Of a stretch of 52,872 bases of DNA, positions 1 through 9,374 are shown piece after piece. Both the position numbers and the translations under genes were made by a program. Source of the DNA: Elusimicrobiota bacterium (GTDB lineage: Bacteria > Elusimicrobiota > Elusimicrobia > UBA1565); the NCBI GenBank assembly GCA_043827405.1, contig JBDRPD010000032.1, forward strand, positions 1 through 52,872. Reading direction: 5' to 3'. The notes under the pieces are model-generated. The model was not told where the DNA came from. It searched no databases and was given only the letters and a program-made list of their open reading frames with translations. The stretch's first letter is position 1. Each line of letters begins with the position of its first letter.

Positions 1-1287
1 TTGAGAAATCTTCTTGCCGGCCGCGTGGCTGAACGTGAAGTTCCGCAGCAGCACGGACATGCTCGTCAGGCTCAGTTCCTTGAGCGGCCCGGCGAAGTGC
101 AGGAGCCCCTCGGCGGTGCCGTCAAGCTCCTTTTCCTTCCAGCCCGCATAGAACTTCGCAACCGGCGGCAGATCGACGCGGGGGATACGCACGTTGAGCT
201 GGGCGCGATCCCTTGCGGGGCTGTATTCTCCCGACGCGATCACCCGCGCGGGCCAAGCTTTAACGTCGAGCTTCCGCAGGCGAAAGACATCATTCGCGGC
301 GCCGCGTGCGCCGGCCGTCGACACAACGGCGCCCCCGGTATCCGTCGCCTCCGCCACCAGGTACGGCAGCGCGAGCTTCACCTCCCAGCTCGACTTGGGG
401 ATGCGAATACCCTCCGGTACCTCATAGTATTTCCCCAGCAGTTCGGAATCGAACGCCGGCAGCTCGATCTTGGCTTCGATCTCGGAGCGGGTGAAGCCCT
501 GCATCATCCCGGAAAAAGACAATCGATTGCCGTCGAGCAGAACCGTCACCTTCTTGGCGACCAACAAACCATGTTCCGGCTTAAAACCGCCCAGCGAGAC
601 CCCGCCCACGAACTCCACCCGCGCCTCAATATGCTTGCCCTTGATCCGGTTCTCATTGGTGAAGCCGAACTGGATGGGAAAGATGTTTTTGGTGCTGAAG
701 TTCCTGACATGCAGCCGGAAACCATTTACTTTGAGATTGATCCGGCGCTTGGGGTCGCGTACGCTCAGCCGCCCGCGCTCGATCTCGATCAAATCGGCGG
801 CATGCAGCGGCGGAATCGAAAAGCGCTTCTGCGGCTGCTCCTCTTCGCTCGCGCTCAGAACATCTTCGAGATTCCATACCCCGTCCTCGCGGCGCACCAG
901 ATTGATGTGCGGCGCCATCAGCAGCACCTGGCTGAGCTCAAGCCGGCCCCGCAGCAGCGCCGCCAGCTTGTACTTCGCGATCAGATATTCGCTGGAGAGG
1001 AAGATGTCGCCGGGAAACTCCGCCGACTCCTCGACCTTAAGACCGCTGATCTTCAGACCCTGATGCAGGACAATCGAGACGTGATCGATGCTGACCGGAC
1101 GCTTGAAGCTCTTGGCGAGCTGGGCGGCGATCTGCGCCTTAAGCATCTGCGGCGTGATGATCAAGCGCAGGGCGGCGCCGGCGAGCAGGCCGAGAACGGC
1201 CAGCACCATGAGAGTGATCGCCGTACGGCGCAAGGCGGCCTGCAGCCACAGGCGCCGTCGCAGCTTTTTGCGCGCGAGCGAAGTCAT
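1..1287 (-). CDS. AsmA-family envelope protein, N-terminal part (runs off the left edge)
   Basis: Minus-strand frame not in the ORF track, read by hand: MTSLARKKLRRRLW...VLAVLGLLAGAALRLII TM anchor, then 'SFKRPVSIDHV', 'LLRGRLELSQVLLMAPHINLVRREDGVWNL', typical of the AsmA N-terminus; TAGAAT -10 just upstream. Confidence 0.75.
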   Translation of the reverse strand, partial: MTSLARKKLRRRLWLQAALRRTAITLMVLAVLGLLAGAALRLIITPQMLKAQIAAQLAKSFKRPVSIDHVSIVLHQGLKISGLKVEESAEFPGDIFLSSEYLIAKYKLAALLRGRLELSQVLLMAPHINLVRREDGVWNLEDVLSASEEEQPQKRFSIPPLHAADLIEIERGRLSVRDPKRRINLKVNGFRLHVRNFSTKNIFPIQFGFTNENRIKGKHIEARVEFVGGVSLGGFKPEHGLLVAKKVTVLLDGNRLSFSGMMQGFTRSEIEAKIELPAFDSELLGKYYEVPEGIRIPKSSWEVKLALPYLVAEATDTGGAVVSTAGARGAANDVFRLRKLDVKAWPARVIASGEYSPARDRAQLNVRIPRVDLPPVAKFYAGWKEKELDGTAEGLLHFAGPLKELSLTSMSVLLRNFTFSHAAGKKISQ

Positions 1288-1352
1288 ACGGCGCTTATTC
1301 TAACATCTTTCAGTACGCGGGCAGGCGCGCGTACGAGGAACAGGGGTAAAAC

Positions 1353-2462
1353 TTAGAATTTCCTGGTGAACTTTCCGTTCTTGTAGATAAGCCGGCCGTC
1401 GCCATAGATGCGCCCGTTTTGGCGCATATCGCAGAGCATGTCCCAGTGCAGGGTCGACTTGTTCTTCGAGCCGGTCTCGGGGAAGCCCGCGCCCACGGCC
1501 AAATGGACGGTGCCGCCGATCTTTTCATCGAAGAGCATATTGCGGGTGAAAGCCTGGATGCCGTAATTGGTGCCGATGGCGAGTTCGCCGACGTACTTGG
1601 CGCCGGGGTCGGTCTCGAGCAGCTGCCGGAGCAGGTCCTCGCCTTTCGCCGCCGTGGCGTTCACGACTTTGCCGTTTTTAAACTCAAGGCGGATATCCTC
1701 GATCTCGCGGTCCATGTAGATGCCGGGAAACGAAAAACGGATATGGCCGTTAACGCTGTTTTCAACCGGCCCGGTGAACACCTCTCCGTCGGGGAAGTTC
1801 ATCCGGCCGTCGCAGTTCTCCCACTTGCGCCCCTTGACCGAGGCCCTGATATCGGTGCCGGGAGCAACGATATGAATCTCCTTGATGCGGTTGAGAAACT
1901 TGGCAATCTTCTGCTGCTTCCTGGAGATGGCCTGCCACCGGGCGACGGGGTTCTTTTTGTCGCACAGGCAGGCGCCGTAGACGAAGTCCTCGTACTCCTC
2001 GAGCGACATTCCGGCCTCTTGGGCGAGCGCGTTGGACGGGAAGGCGGTACCGCACCAATGGACCTTGCCCTCGGCCATGCGCTGGAAAAACTTCTCGCGC
2101 AGCTTCTTGACCGCGAGCATGGAGTCCTTGAGCTTCGCGGCCGGGACATTGGAGAGCTCCTTGGTGTTCGACGAGCCGAACACGGTCATGTTCTTATCGT
2201 AGTCCGCGAGGAGGCTGCGCACCTGGAGCGGCACCCATTTAAGCTGCTCGGCGCCGGCGTTCTTGAGGAAAATCGGCTTAATCTCGGGCAGCGCCGGGTA
2301 AATCTCGACATGGGCGCCCTTCTTGACGGCGAGGCGGAAGACCTCCTTCATCAGGGGCTGGGACTCCGCGCCGCCCTGAATGGCGAATAGGTCGCCCTTC
2401 TTGATAGCGAACGAGTAATCGACAAGAACCTGCGCGAGCCTTTGTAAACGGATGTCGGCCAT
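1353..2462 (-). CDS. Aminopeptidase II (M29 thermophilic metalloprotease family)
   Basis: Motifs NFPDGEVFTGP, GELAIGTN, LFDEKIGGTVHLAVG, LHWDM; GGAGG Shine-Dalgarno before the ATG at 2462. Confidence 0.92.
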   Translation of the reverse strand: MADIRLQRLAQVLVDYSFAIKKGDLFAIQGGAESQPLMKEVFRLAVKKGAHVEIYPALPEIKPIFLKNAGAEQLKWVPLQVRSLLADYDKNMTVFGSSNTKELSNVPAAKLKDSMLAVKKLREKFFQRMAEGKVHWCGTAFPSNALAQEAGMSLEEYEDFVYGACLCDKKNPVARWQAISRKQQKIAKFLNRIKEIHIVAPGTDIRASVKGRKWENCDGRMNFPDGEVFTGPVENSVNGHIRFSFPGIYMDREIEDIRLEFKNGKVVNATAAKGEDLLRQLLETDPGAKYVGELAIGTNYGIQAFTRNMLFDEKIGGTVHLAVGAGFPETGSKNKSTLHWDMLCDMRQNGRIYGDGRLIYKNGKFTRKF

Positions 2463-2509
2463 AGCGTCCTCCCAAGAATAACGGCGCGCTGAAACTATAG
2501 CAAAGTGGC

Positions 2510-3103
2510 TCAAAAGAGCGAGACGGCCGCCGCCGAGGCCAGCGGACTCCAGAAGTTGTCGTCGATTGGCACCGGCAGGAGTTCGATGGCTGTCGCCACG
2601 ACCGCCCCCGCGGCCACCCCCGCGAAGGACAGCCCCGCGGCCCAGCCCGCGAGCAGACAGACGATCAAGCAGGCCAGCGAGCCCTCCACCGATTTGGTCC
2701 GGCCCCCAATAACGAAAGGGTGCCGCCCCCAGGCCTTGCCCGCGAGCGCCGCCGCACCGTCGCCGAGCGCCAGATACAGGAAGCCCGCCGCGACGCAGCG
2801 CGGGTGCGCGCCATAGGCGACAACGGTCAAAAAACAGCCGCTGGAAGTCCAGAAGATGCCGCTGATCCTATTCACCTCGGACTCGCGATGGATATTGCCG
2901 AACATGCGCATCAGCTTCTCGTTGAGCGCCGGCACGCGCAGGCGGACGGCTTCCAGGCCGCCCTCGATGACGATAAAGGAACCCAGCAGCCACAAAAACC
3001 AGGAGCTGCCGAGGAGGTGGTAGACGGCAAGGTAGACCAGGCTGAGCGAATGGAACAGCTTGCGCAAGAGCTCCCGCCGGTAGTCCGCGCTCAGAGCCAT
3101 CAC
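2510..3103 (-). CDS. CTP-dependent polyprenol/diacylglycerol kinase-like membrane protein (phytol/dolichol kinase family)
   Basis: RKLFH, LALGDGAAALAGK, KSVEGS and DDN motifs; multiple TM helices. Confidence 0.8.
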   Translation of the reverse strand: MMALSADYRRELLRKLFHSLSLVYLAVYHLLGSSWFLWLLGSFIVIEGGLEAVRLRVPALNEKLMRMFGNIHRESEVNRISGIFWTSSGCFLTVVAYGAHPRCVAAGFLYLALGDGAAALAGKAWGRHPFVIGGRTKSVEGSLACLIVCLLAGWAAGLSFAGVAAGAVVATAIELLPVPIDDNFWSPLASAAAVSLF

Positions 3104-3825
3104 CGCACCGCGCTAACGGCCCACGTGCCGCCTTTATGCAGCAGTCCCGCCGCGCCGCCCCAGAACAGCGCGGTAATCGCGCCCATCTGCCGCAGACCGT
3201 CCGCGAAAGAAACGGCATGCGGGAACAGGCATTTCACCGCGGCGAGCAGCAGCAGTCCGTTAAGCAGAACGATCGAGGAAATCGACAGCGGGAAGCCCGC
3301 CTCGTCCAGATCGCTCTGATGCGTTGTCCACAACGCCTCTATCGTATGCGCGAAATGGAAAGCCAAGGTCGCGCCCATCAGCGCCAGGAAGGTCTCGCGG
3401 GCATAGGGCGGCGAGCCCCACCACAGTACCATGCGGTAAGCCGCGACCGCGAGCAAAGAGTAGAACGGAACCCAGTACGGCGCCAGCGCGATGAAGGCAT
3501 TGGTGCGGGAAAGGTCGACGTGCCCGCTCTGTTTGCCGACCGCCAAGGCAAAGACCTTTCCCCCCAATGCCCAAGCCGCGAGCGCGTGCGTAAGCTCGTG
3601 CGCGAACACGTAAAAGCGGTAGAGCGTCAGGAAGCGCAGGGCATGCAGCAGGCTGTAGCCGGCGAAGGCCGATAGGAAATAAACCGTACCGGGCAAGCGG
3701 CTCGAGAGACCGCCGAGCGCAGCGGCGGCGGTGAAAACGGCGGCCACGGCGGTGGGCGCAAGCGCGACGCCCAAAAGCGAACGCAGGACGGAAAGCGCTT
3801 TCCACCCCTTGCGGCGGCGGCTCAC
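3100..3825 (-). CDS. M50B-like membrane zinc metalloprotease
   Basis: HELTH (HExxH) motif, 'IALAPY', 'QSDL'; hydrophobic helices. Confidence 0.7.
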   Translation of the reverse strand: MSRRRKGWKALSVLRSLLGVALAPTAVAAVFTAAAALGGLSSRLPGTVYFLSAFAGYSLLHALRFLTLYRFYVFAHELTHALAAWALGGKVFALAVGKQSGHVDLSRTNAFIALAPYWVPFYSLLAVAAYRMVLWWGSPPYARETFLALMGATLAFHFAHTIEALWTTHQSDLDEAGFPLSISSIVLLNGLLLLAAVKCLFPHAVSFADGLRQMGAITALFWGGAAGLLHKGGTWAVSAVR

Positions 3826-4271
3826 TCGAGCATGTAGTCTTCGTAGGGGATCTTCTTGAGGTCGAGCTCGGCTTTCCAGAGCGCTTTGGTCGCCGTCATC
3901 TTTTCCCGCGACAGACGAATCCAGCGGCTCTCCGGCGGAGAAAACAGCTCAACGGCCGTCTTGTACCAGTGATAGGCATACTTCAGCGAGCTTTCGGCGA
4001 CCGCCTCGTCGCGGCGGAACTTCTCCAGCTCCAGCTTTTGCTGCAGTTCCGCCTCGGTTAGTTTTCCGGCCGCGCGCTCCGCTTCAAGCTGCTCCTTCTC
4101 CCGGCGGAACAGCGCCTCAAAGTGCGCCTTCTTCATCTCCGGCTGGCGGTGCCAAGCGGCATACTTCTCGCCTTCGAGGTAGGCGCTGCGGGCGCGCAGG
4201 ACGAGGTCGACATAAACGAGGCCGAGGACGATTAGGCCGACAGCCGCCGCGATCTTGACGTTGCGCAGCAC
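3822..4271 (-). CDS. Hypothetical membrane-anchored helical protein
   Basis: N-terminal TM followed by a charged helical domain; overlaps the next gene in the operon. Confidence 0.65.
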   Translation of the reverse strand: MLRNVKIAAAVGLIVLGLVYVDLVLRARSAYLEGEKYAAWHRQPEMKKAHFEALFRREKEQLEAERAAGKLTEAELQQKLELEKFRRDEAVAESSLKYAYHWYKTAVELFSPPESRWIRLSREKMTATKALWKAELDLKKIPYEDYMLE

Positions 4272-4276
4272 GGCTG

Positions 4277-4804
4277 CTACCAGGAGCCCCGCTTGCCGAA
4301 GCCGCCGCGCGGCTGGCCGAAGCCGCCCGGCTGCTGCCCGAACCCGCCGCCGGCGTCGCTCTTGACTTCCGGAGGACGCGTCTGCAGTACCCGGTGCAGC
4401 AGCGCCATGAGCACCGCCGGCTTAATGGGCTTCTCGACATAATCCTTCACGTTCGATTCGTGCCGGATCATATCGGCGGTCTGGGGATCGATGCGCCGTC
4501 CGGTAATCACGAGTACGGGGATCTGCTTGGCGTCGCTCATCTGCAGCTCTTTAAGCACTTCAAAGCCGCCCATTCCCGGGAGCATAAAATCAAGGACGAT
4601 GATATCGGGTTTAAGCTCATGAATCTTGCGCAGGCCCTCCTCGCCATCGGCCGCCTTTTCAACCCGGAAGCCCTCCCGCTTTACAACATGATCGAGAAGA
4701 TCGAGGATGCTCTCATCATCGTCGATAATGAGAACCAGCTTGTCCTTGGGGTCCGCGAGATTCGAGGGGATAATACCCTCTCCGCCCATTCCTTCGCCGT
4801 TCAT
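4277..4804 (-). CDS. Single-domain response regulator with a Gly/Phe-rich C-terminal tail
   Basis: IIDDD, IIVLDFMLPGMGG, VLVITG, VEKP canonical receiver residues. Confidence 0.9.
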   Translation of the reverse strand: MNGEGMGGEGIIPSNLADPKDKLVLIIDDDESILDLLDHVVKREGFRVEKAADGEEGLRKIHELKPDIIVLDFMLPGMGGFEVLKELQMSDAKQIPVLVITGRRIDPQTADMIRHESNVKDYVEKPIKPAVLMALLHRVLQTRPPEVKSDAGGGFGQQPGGFGQPRGGFGKRGSW

Positions 4805-4932
4805 AACCGCGCCGTTAGTCTTATTCTGGGATATACCGCATACGCCCGGCAGCCCTTCCGCCGTATCGAGGGAAGAGCGGACGGACGGCTGTTATTCTAA
4901 CAATTCAAAACAGGAAAAACAGCCCTTAACGG

Positions 4933-5163
4933 TCAAATATTCGTCGTGACCAAAGTCTCGGTCGTCTGCACCCCGTGGATGCCCCGGATTTCGCGGACGA
5001 TGAGCCCGCTGAGCTTGTCAATCGTGTCCGCCTCGGCGGTAAGAATCGCGTCCCAGGAGCCGAACGTCAGGAAGACGTCGGTAACCCCTTTGATGTTGCG
5101 GATCTGGCTCATGGCCTTCTGCTCGAGACCGGCGATAAGCTTGCATAGAACAAACGCTTTCAT
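4933..5163 (-). CDS. Stand-alone Lrp/AsnC ligand-binding (RAM) domain protein
   Basis: 76 aa, 'IKGVTDVFLTFGSWDAIL...IRGIHGVQTTETLV'; GGAGG SD. Confidence 0.8.
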   Translation of the reverse strand: MKAFVLCKLIAGLEQKAMSQIRNIKGVTDVFLTFGSWDAILTAEADTIDKLSGLIVREIRGIHGVQTTETLVTTNI

Positions 5164-5172
5164 AACAACCTC

Positions 5173-5874
5173 CTATCTCCTTTGGTTCCAAACATCCTTC
5201 GCATATTTTTCCGCGCGCAGGAGCTTCGCCGCCGCCGCGACGGCGGCATCCGGGCCGGTCGAATCGAACACGACACGCCACTGCAGGCTAAAACCCTCAA
5301 GCAGCGCCTCGACGAGCCGGGACCGGTCGGCAAAACGCTCGGTACGCATCGAGCCCTGATACAGGCCGCGCTCCCGACGCCGGCGCAGGGCTCCGCCCAC
5401 GAACTTAGTGCCGTCCTCATGCACCAGGTCCGTCGCCTCCGGAGCGGTAAAGCATTCCTGCGGCGCCCGGGCGCTCGGCACGTTCCACAGCCGCGAGCGC
5501 AGTCCGCGCGCTTTCAGGCCCGCGTGCAGGCCGAGATGAATGCCGCGATAGATCTCGGCCGGAGCCGTCATGCGCCGCCAGGGGAAAACAAAAGAAAACG
5601 TGAGATCGTCCTCGTGATAGACGATGCCCCCTCCCGTCGAGCGGCGCACCAGCGGCAACGTAACGCCGCCGTAGCGCCGGCGAACGGCCTCGGCGACGGA
5701 CTCATACGTCTGTGAACAGCCGAACGTAACGGCCCATGGCGGCGGGCCGGACCACGAATACACGCGCAGCCAGCAATCCTCACGCTCTTTCGGCGCACGA
5801 TCCAGGACGGCCTCGTCGAGCGCCATATGATCAAAGACATCCTGCGGCGGGGTTTCCAGGAGATAGGCTCGCAT
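5173..5874 (-). CDS. Lipoate-protein ligase / octanoyltransferase (LplA/LipM family)
   Basis: MALDEA, LVRRSTGGGIVYH, KFVGGA, YQGS motifs; next to gcvH. Confidence 0.85.
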   Translation of the reverse strand: MRAYLLETPPQDVFDHMALDEAVLDRAPKEREDCWLRVYSWSGPPPWAVTFGCSQTYESVAEAVRRRYGGVTLPLVRRSTGGGIVYHEDDLTFSFVFPWRRMTAPAEIYRGIHLGLHAGLKARGLRSRLWNVPSARAPQECFTAPEATDLVHEDGTKFVGGALRRRRERGLYQGSMRTERFADRSRLVEALLEGFSLQWRVVFDSTGPDAAVAAAAKLLRAEKYAKDVWNQRR

Positions 5875-5880
5875 CGCCGC

Positions 5881-6309
5881 TCAGGTCAAGGTGAGAACCT
5901 TATCGCGCAGCTTCTCAGGTTCCTCGATTCCCGCGAAAGACAGCGCTCCCCCCGCATGGATAAAGTCGACATTGCCGACTCCCAATATTTTCTGCAGCGG
6001 CGAACGCATGATCCGGATCTCCTGGATATCCTGGAGCGAAACCTCGCTCTCGCTTTTGCAGAAGACCCCGCCGCGAACCGCAACCCGGAGATTCGTCACC
6101 CAGTACTCGGTGTTTCCGGCATGCAGCGCGGGCCAAACCAGCAGCGCCATACCGAAAGCGCACAGCAGCACGGTCGCCTGCAGCGGCAGGAACAGCAGCA
6201 CCAGGCCGAGCGCGCCCGTCAGGAACACCAGCGCGGCGCAGACGAATACGACCGGCCAGTTTTTTATGGATGGAGAGAGGACGAGCAGCTTCAGCTCGGC
6301 GGGGGCCAT
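5881..6309 (-). CDS. Membrane protein with bacterial PH (bPH_2) domain
   Basis: Two TM helices then 'EYWVTNLRV...GVF...IQEI...PLQKILGVGNV'. Confidence 0.75.
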   Translation of the reverse strand: MAPAELKLLVLSPSIKNWPVVFVCAALVFLTGALGLVLLFLPLQATVLLCAFGMALLVWPALHAGNTEYWVTNLRVAVRGGVFCKSESEVSLQDIQEIRIMRSPLQKILGVGNVDFIHAGGALSFAGIEEPEKLRDKVLTLT

Positions 6310-6315
6310 CAGCCT

Positions 6316-6705
6316 CTACTGCGCGGCGGTTTTCAGGAATTCCTGATAGCGCGCGTGATCCATCAGCGCGTCGGCTTCCTTCGGATCGGCGGCCTTCAGC
6401 CGGTAGAGCCAGCCCTTATCGAACGGCGAATCGTTGATCAGCGCCGGATTCTGCGTCAATTCCTCGTTGATAGACGCGACCTCCCCGGCGATGGGAGCGT
6501 AAATATCGAAAGCGGCCTTCACGGACTCCACAACGGCGAGCGCCTCGCCCTTGGCGACCTGCCGTCCGACCTTGGGCAGTTCAACGAACACCACATCGGT
6601 GATCTCCTTCTGCGCGTGATCGGAAAGGCCGACAACGGCCTCGTCACCTTCTAAAGAGACCCATTCATGGCTTTCCGCATAGCGACAGGATTCAGGATTC
6701 GGCAT
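6316..6705 (-). CDS. gcvH: Glycine cleavage system H protein
   Basis: HEWV, VESVKAA lipoyl-lysine motif, INDSPFDKGWL. Confidence 0.95.
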   Translation of the reverse strand: MPNPESCRYAESHEWVSLEGDEAVVGLSDHAQKEITDVVFVELPKVGRQVAKGEALAVVESVKAAFDIYAPIAGEVASINEELTQNPALINDSPFDKGWLYRLKAADPKEADALMDHARYQEFLKTAAQ

Positions 6706-6710
6706 GGCAG

Positions 6711-7814
6711 TTAGCTCCTTTTGCGTTTATAGAACGGAAGCGGCACGATCTCGGCCGCAAAACGGCGTCCCCGTACCTCCACGGCGGCGGGAGTTCCCGG
6801 ATCGATGTCCGTGCGGTCCAGGTAACCGACGCCTATCCCCGTCTCCAGAGTCGGAGAATAGGTCGCGCTCGTCAAAGTCCCGGCGGCGCGATCAGCGATC
6901 AGCACCGAGGCGCCGGCGCGCGGCACGCCCTTTTCAGTAAGACGGACGCCGTAAAGCTTCCGCTTGAGGCCCTCACGCTTCTGCTCCGCAAGCGCCTTTT
7001 TGCCGATGAAGTCCGCTTTATCGAATTTCACGACCCAGCCGCAGCCCGCTTCCAGCGGCGTATGATCGTCATCGATGTCGGTCCCGTAAAGCAGGTAGCC
7101 GGCCTCCAACCGCAGCGTGTCGCGCGCGCCCAGGCCGCAGGGCAGGAGACCGTGCGAACTGCCGCTGACGTTGAGCGTACGCCATATCCGAATGGCGATC
7201 TCGGCCGGCGCGGTGATCTCAAAACCGTCCTCACCGGTATAGCCTGTGCGCGTGTAAACGACCTTTTGCCCATACGTCATCCGCTCGATCGCTCCGAAAC
7301 GTTTGAGCGCGGACGCATCTTTGCAGACTTCCGCGATGATCTTGTGCGCTTGCGGTCCCTGCAGGGCCAGCATCGCGTAGTCGCTGCTGAGATCCTTGAC
7401 CTCGACTTCCAAGCCCTTGGAGTGACCGCTGATCCAAGCGAAATCCTTCTCCGCGGTGGCCGCGTTGACGACTATGAAGTAGCGGTCCGGTCCGAGCCGC
7501 GAGAAGATCACATCATCGACAACGCCGCCCCGCTCATTAAGCAGATGGGCATAGAGCGCCCGGCCTTCCGCCAGCTTGGCCGCGTCGTTGGACTGGATCG
7601 TCTGCATCAGCCGCAGCGCATCCTTGCCGGTAACCTCGAGCTGTCCCATATGGGAAACGTCGAATAAACCGCAAGCCGTCCGCACCGCCTGATGCTCCTG
7701 GATGATGCTGGAAAATTGGATCGGCAGCTCCCAGCCGTGGAAATCAACAAACTTGCCGCCCAGCTCGAACTGCCGGTTATAAAGCGGCGTACGCCGCAGC
7801 ATCCTGGTCGTCAT
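6711..7814 (-). CDS. gcvT: Glycine cleavage system aminomethyltransferase T
   Basis: GLFDVSHMG, RTGYTGEDGFE, GLGARDTLRLEAG. Confidence 0.95.
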   Translation of the reverse strand: MTTRMLRRTPLYNRQFELGGKFVDFHGWELPIQFSSIIQEHQAVRTACGLFDVSHMGQLEVTGKDALRLMQTIQSNDAAKLAEGRALYAHLLNERGGVVDDVIFSRLGPDRYFIVVNAATAEKDFAWISGHSKGLEVEVKDLSSDYAMLALQGPQAHKIIAEVCKDASALKRFGAIERMTYGQKVVYTRTGYTGEDGFEITAPAEIAIRIWRTLNVSGSSHGLLPCGLGARDTLRLEAGYLLYGTDIDDDHTPLEAGCGWVVKFDKADFIGKKALAEQKREGLKRKLYGVRLTEKGVPRAGASVLIADRAAGTLTSATYSPTLETGIGVGYLDRTDIDPGTPAAVEVRGRRFAAEIVPLPFYKRKRS

Positions 7815-7872
7815 ATCAGGAATAGCTTAGACAATTCGAGTCAAGAGCGGCAACATGGGGACGCGAAATCCG

Positions 7873-8190
7873 TCAGCTGGCGGCGAGGATTCTTTGCAAA
7901 GTCCGGCCGAGACGAACGCGCTGCTCCTCCTCGGGGAAGAGCACGGTGCACACGTAATAGCCGTCCTCATCGGCCGCCGCGCGAGCCACCTCGGCGTCGA
8001 CGCCGGCAAAGGCTTCGCCGGGCAGATCGAACGTCAAAATGAGGACATCGCCCTTTTCCATGCGGGTGCGCGTGATCAGACGGGCGCGGTTGGACTGCAG
8101 TTCGAGGAAACGGCCCCAGGATTCCTGCCGGGCCTCCGCTTCGGGAAACGCGACCAGCACGGGTATAAAGCGCGCGGCGTTGACCTTCAC
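7873..8190 (-). CDS. PilZ-like small beta-barrel protein (degenerate)
   Basis: GTG start overlapping the upstream stop (GTGA); 'GRFLELQSNRARL...GDVLILTFDLPG...AEVAR...GYY...F' resembles the PilZ fold, with c-di-GMP motifs not intact. Confidence 0.5.
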   Translation of the reverse strand: MKVNAARFIPVLVAFPEAEARQESWGRFLELQSNRARLITRTRMEKGDVLILTFDLPGEAFAGVDAEVARAAADEDGYYVCTVLFPEEEQRVRLGRTLQRILAAS

Positions 8191-9368
8191 GGCGCCCCGG
8201 CGTCTTCCGCCTGAGGCATGGCGTGAAAGAACAGCCGCCCCGGAAGCTCTCCCTTGGGGACGCTTTCGGCGACGGTCCAGAAGCCGCCCTTCTGCCAGGC
8301 CAGCCCGGTCGGCTTCCACTCGCCCGAGCGGTAGACAGGCAGGGGCACGCGCAGGGTTATCCGCTGCGGCCGGTTGAGCTCGTGACGCAGAATCTCGCGA
8401 TTGCCCGCATCGAGCGACCACAGCGCCTCGCCGTCGAACGTCAGCGCCGCGGCCCTGGCCCCCGGATACTTGTAGCTTTCCACAACGGAGAGGTCCTCGT
8501 CGAGGATGCGCTTATGCAGCTGCCCCCGCTTGCTGTCGCAGGTCCACAGATAGAGCCCGTCGTACGCCATCCCGACCGACTGCGGCACCGCGTCCCGGTA
8601 CCGCCCCAGCACGGTCAGGCGGTCGTCGAGCATATGCTTGGCGATGCTGCGCGGCGCGACCGCGGCCCACAGCGCGCCGCCCGCGAAAGTGATCGCGCCG
8701 GGAACCTCGCGCGGGAAATGCACCGACCTTACGACATGCTTGTCCTGCAGGTCATGCAGATGGACCGACTTGGAGAACCAGTCTGCGACCCACAGGTGCT
8801 TCCCGTCGAAAGCCAGGCCGGAAGGATGGTTGTAGGGCAGGGACCATTGCGTGAGCGGGACATCCTGGGCGGCGATCGCCGCCAGCTGCGTGCGCTTGCC
8901 GTAGGCGGAATATCCAACGGCCAGGCTGAGAACCGCCAAGGCGGCCAGGAAGTAATGCAGCGCGCCCCGCGTTTCCTCTCGCGGGTGGACGACCTCGAGC
9001 GCGGTCCCCTTGTAGCGTACCGCCTTAGACAAGCAGGCGCCGAAGTTCTCCGCCGTCCAGGGCGGAGCTACGGCGTCGAAAATGCCGGCCTTCATCAGCT
9101 CAATCGCGCGGGCGGCCCGGCGCTCGCGCATCGCCGTCACGACCGGCAGCAGCGGCGCCTCGCGCTCGAGCTCGCTGAGCAGCGCCTCGGACATCCGCTC
9201 ATCCGCGGATTGAGCGACGATAAAGAGCTTCGGGTGCTCCGAATTCAGCAACTCCAGAGCACCCTGGATATCCCCCGCCGGCATCGCCCGGTAGCCGAGC
9301 TCTTCGACGATGAGCCTGAGCTCTCCCCGAGTCCGCGCGTCCTCCGCCAGTATGCCGATAGCCGCCAT
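8187..9368 (-). CDS. Pseudo-receiver + TM + beta-propeller protein
   Basis: Receiver-like N-terminus, TM helix, then repeats of 'GLAFDGKHLWVAD', 'GMAYDGLYLWTCD', 'ALTFDGEALWSLD'. Confidence 0.75.
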   Translation of the reverse strand: MAAIGILAEDARTRGELRLIVEELGYRAMPAGDIQGALELLNSEHPKLFIVAQSADERMSEALLSELEREAPLLPVVTAMRERRAARAIELMKAGIFDAVAPPWTAENFGACLSKAVRYKGTALEVVHPREETRGALHYFLAALAVLSLAVGYSAYGKRTQLAAIAAQDVPLTQWSLPYNHPSGLAFDGKHLWVADWFSKSVHLHDLQDKHVVRSVHFPREVPGAITFAGGALWAAVAPRSIAKHMLDDRLTVLGRYRDAVPQSVGMAYDGLYLWTCDSKRGQLHKRILDEDLSVVESYKYPGARAAALTFDGEALWSLDAGNREILRHELNRPQRITLRVPLPVYRSGEWKPTGLAWQKGGFWTVAESVPKGELPGRLFFHAMPQAEDAGAP

Positions 9369-9374
9369 GACGCC

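Noticed and set aside
1..1356. 451-aa plus-strand ORF and many other long antisense ORFs in the track
   Set aside because: Shadow frames of GC-rich genes; the opposite strand carries recognisable motifs and start signals
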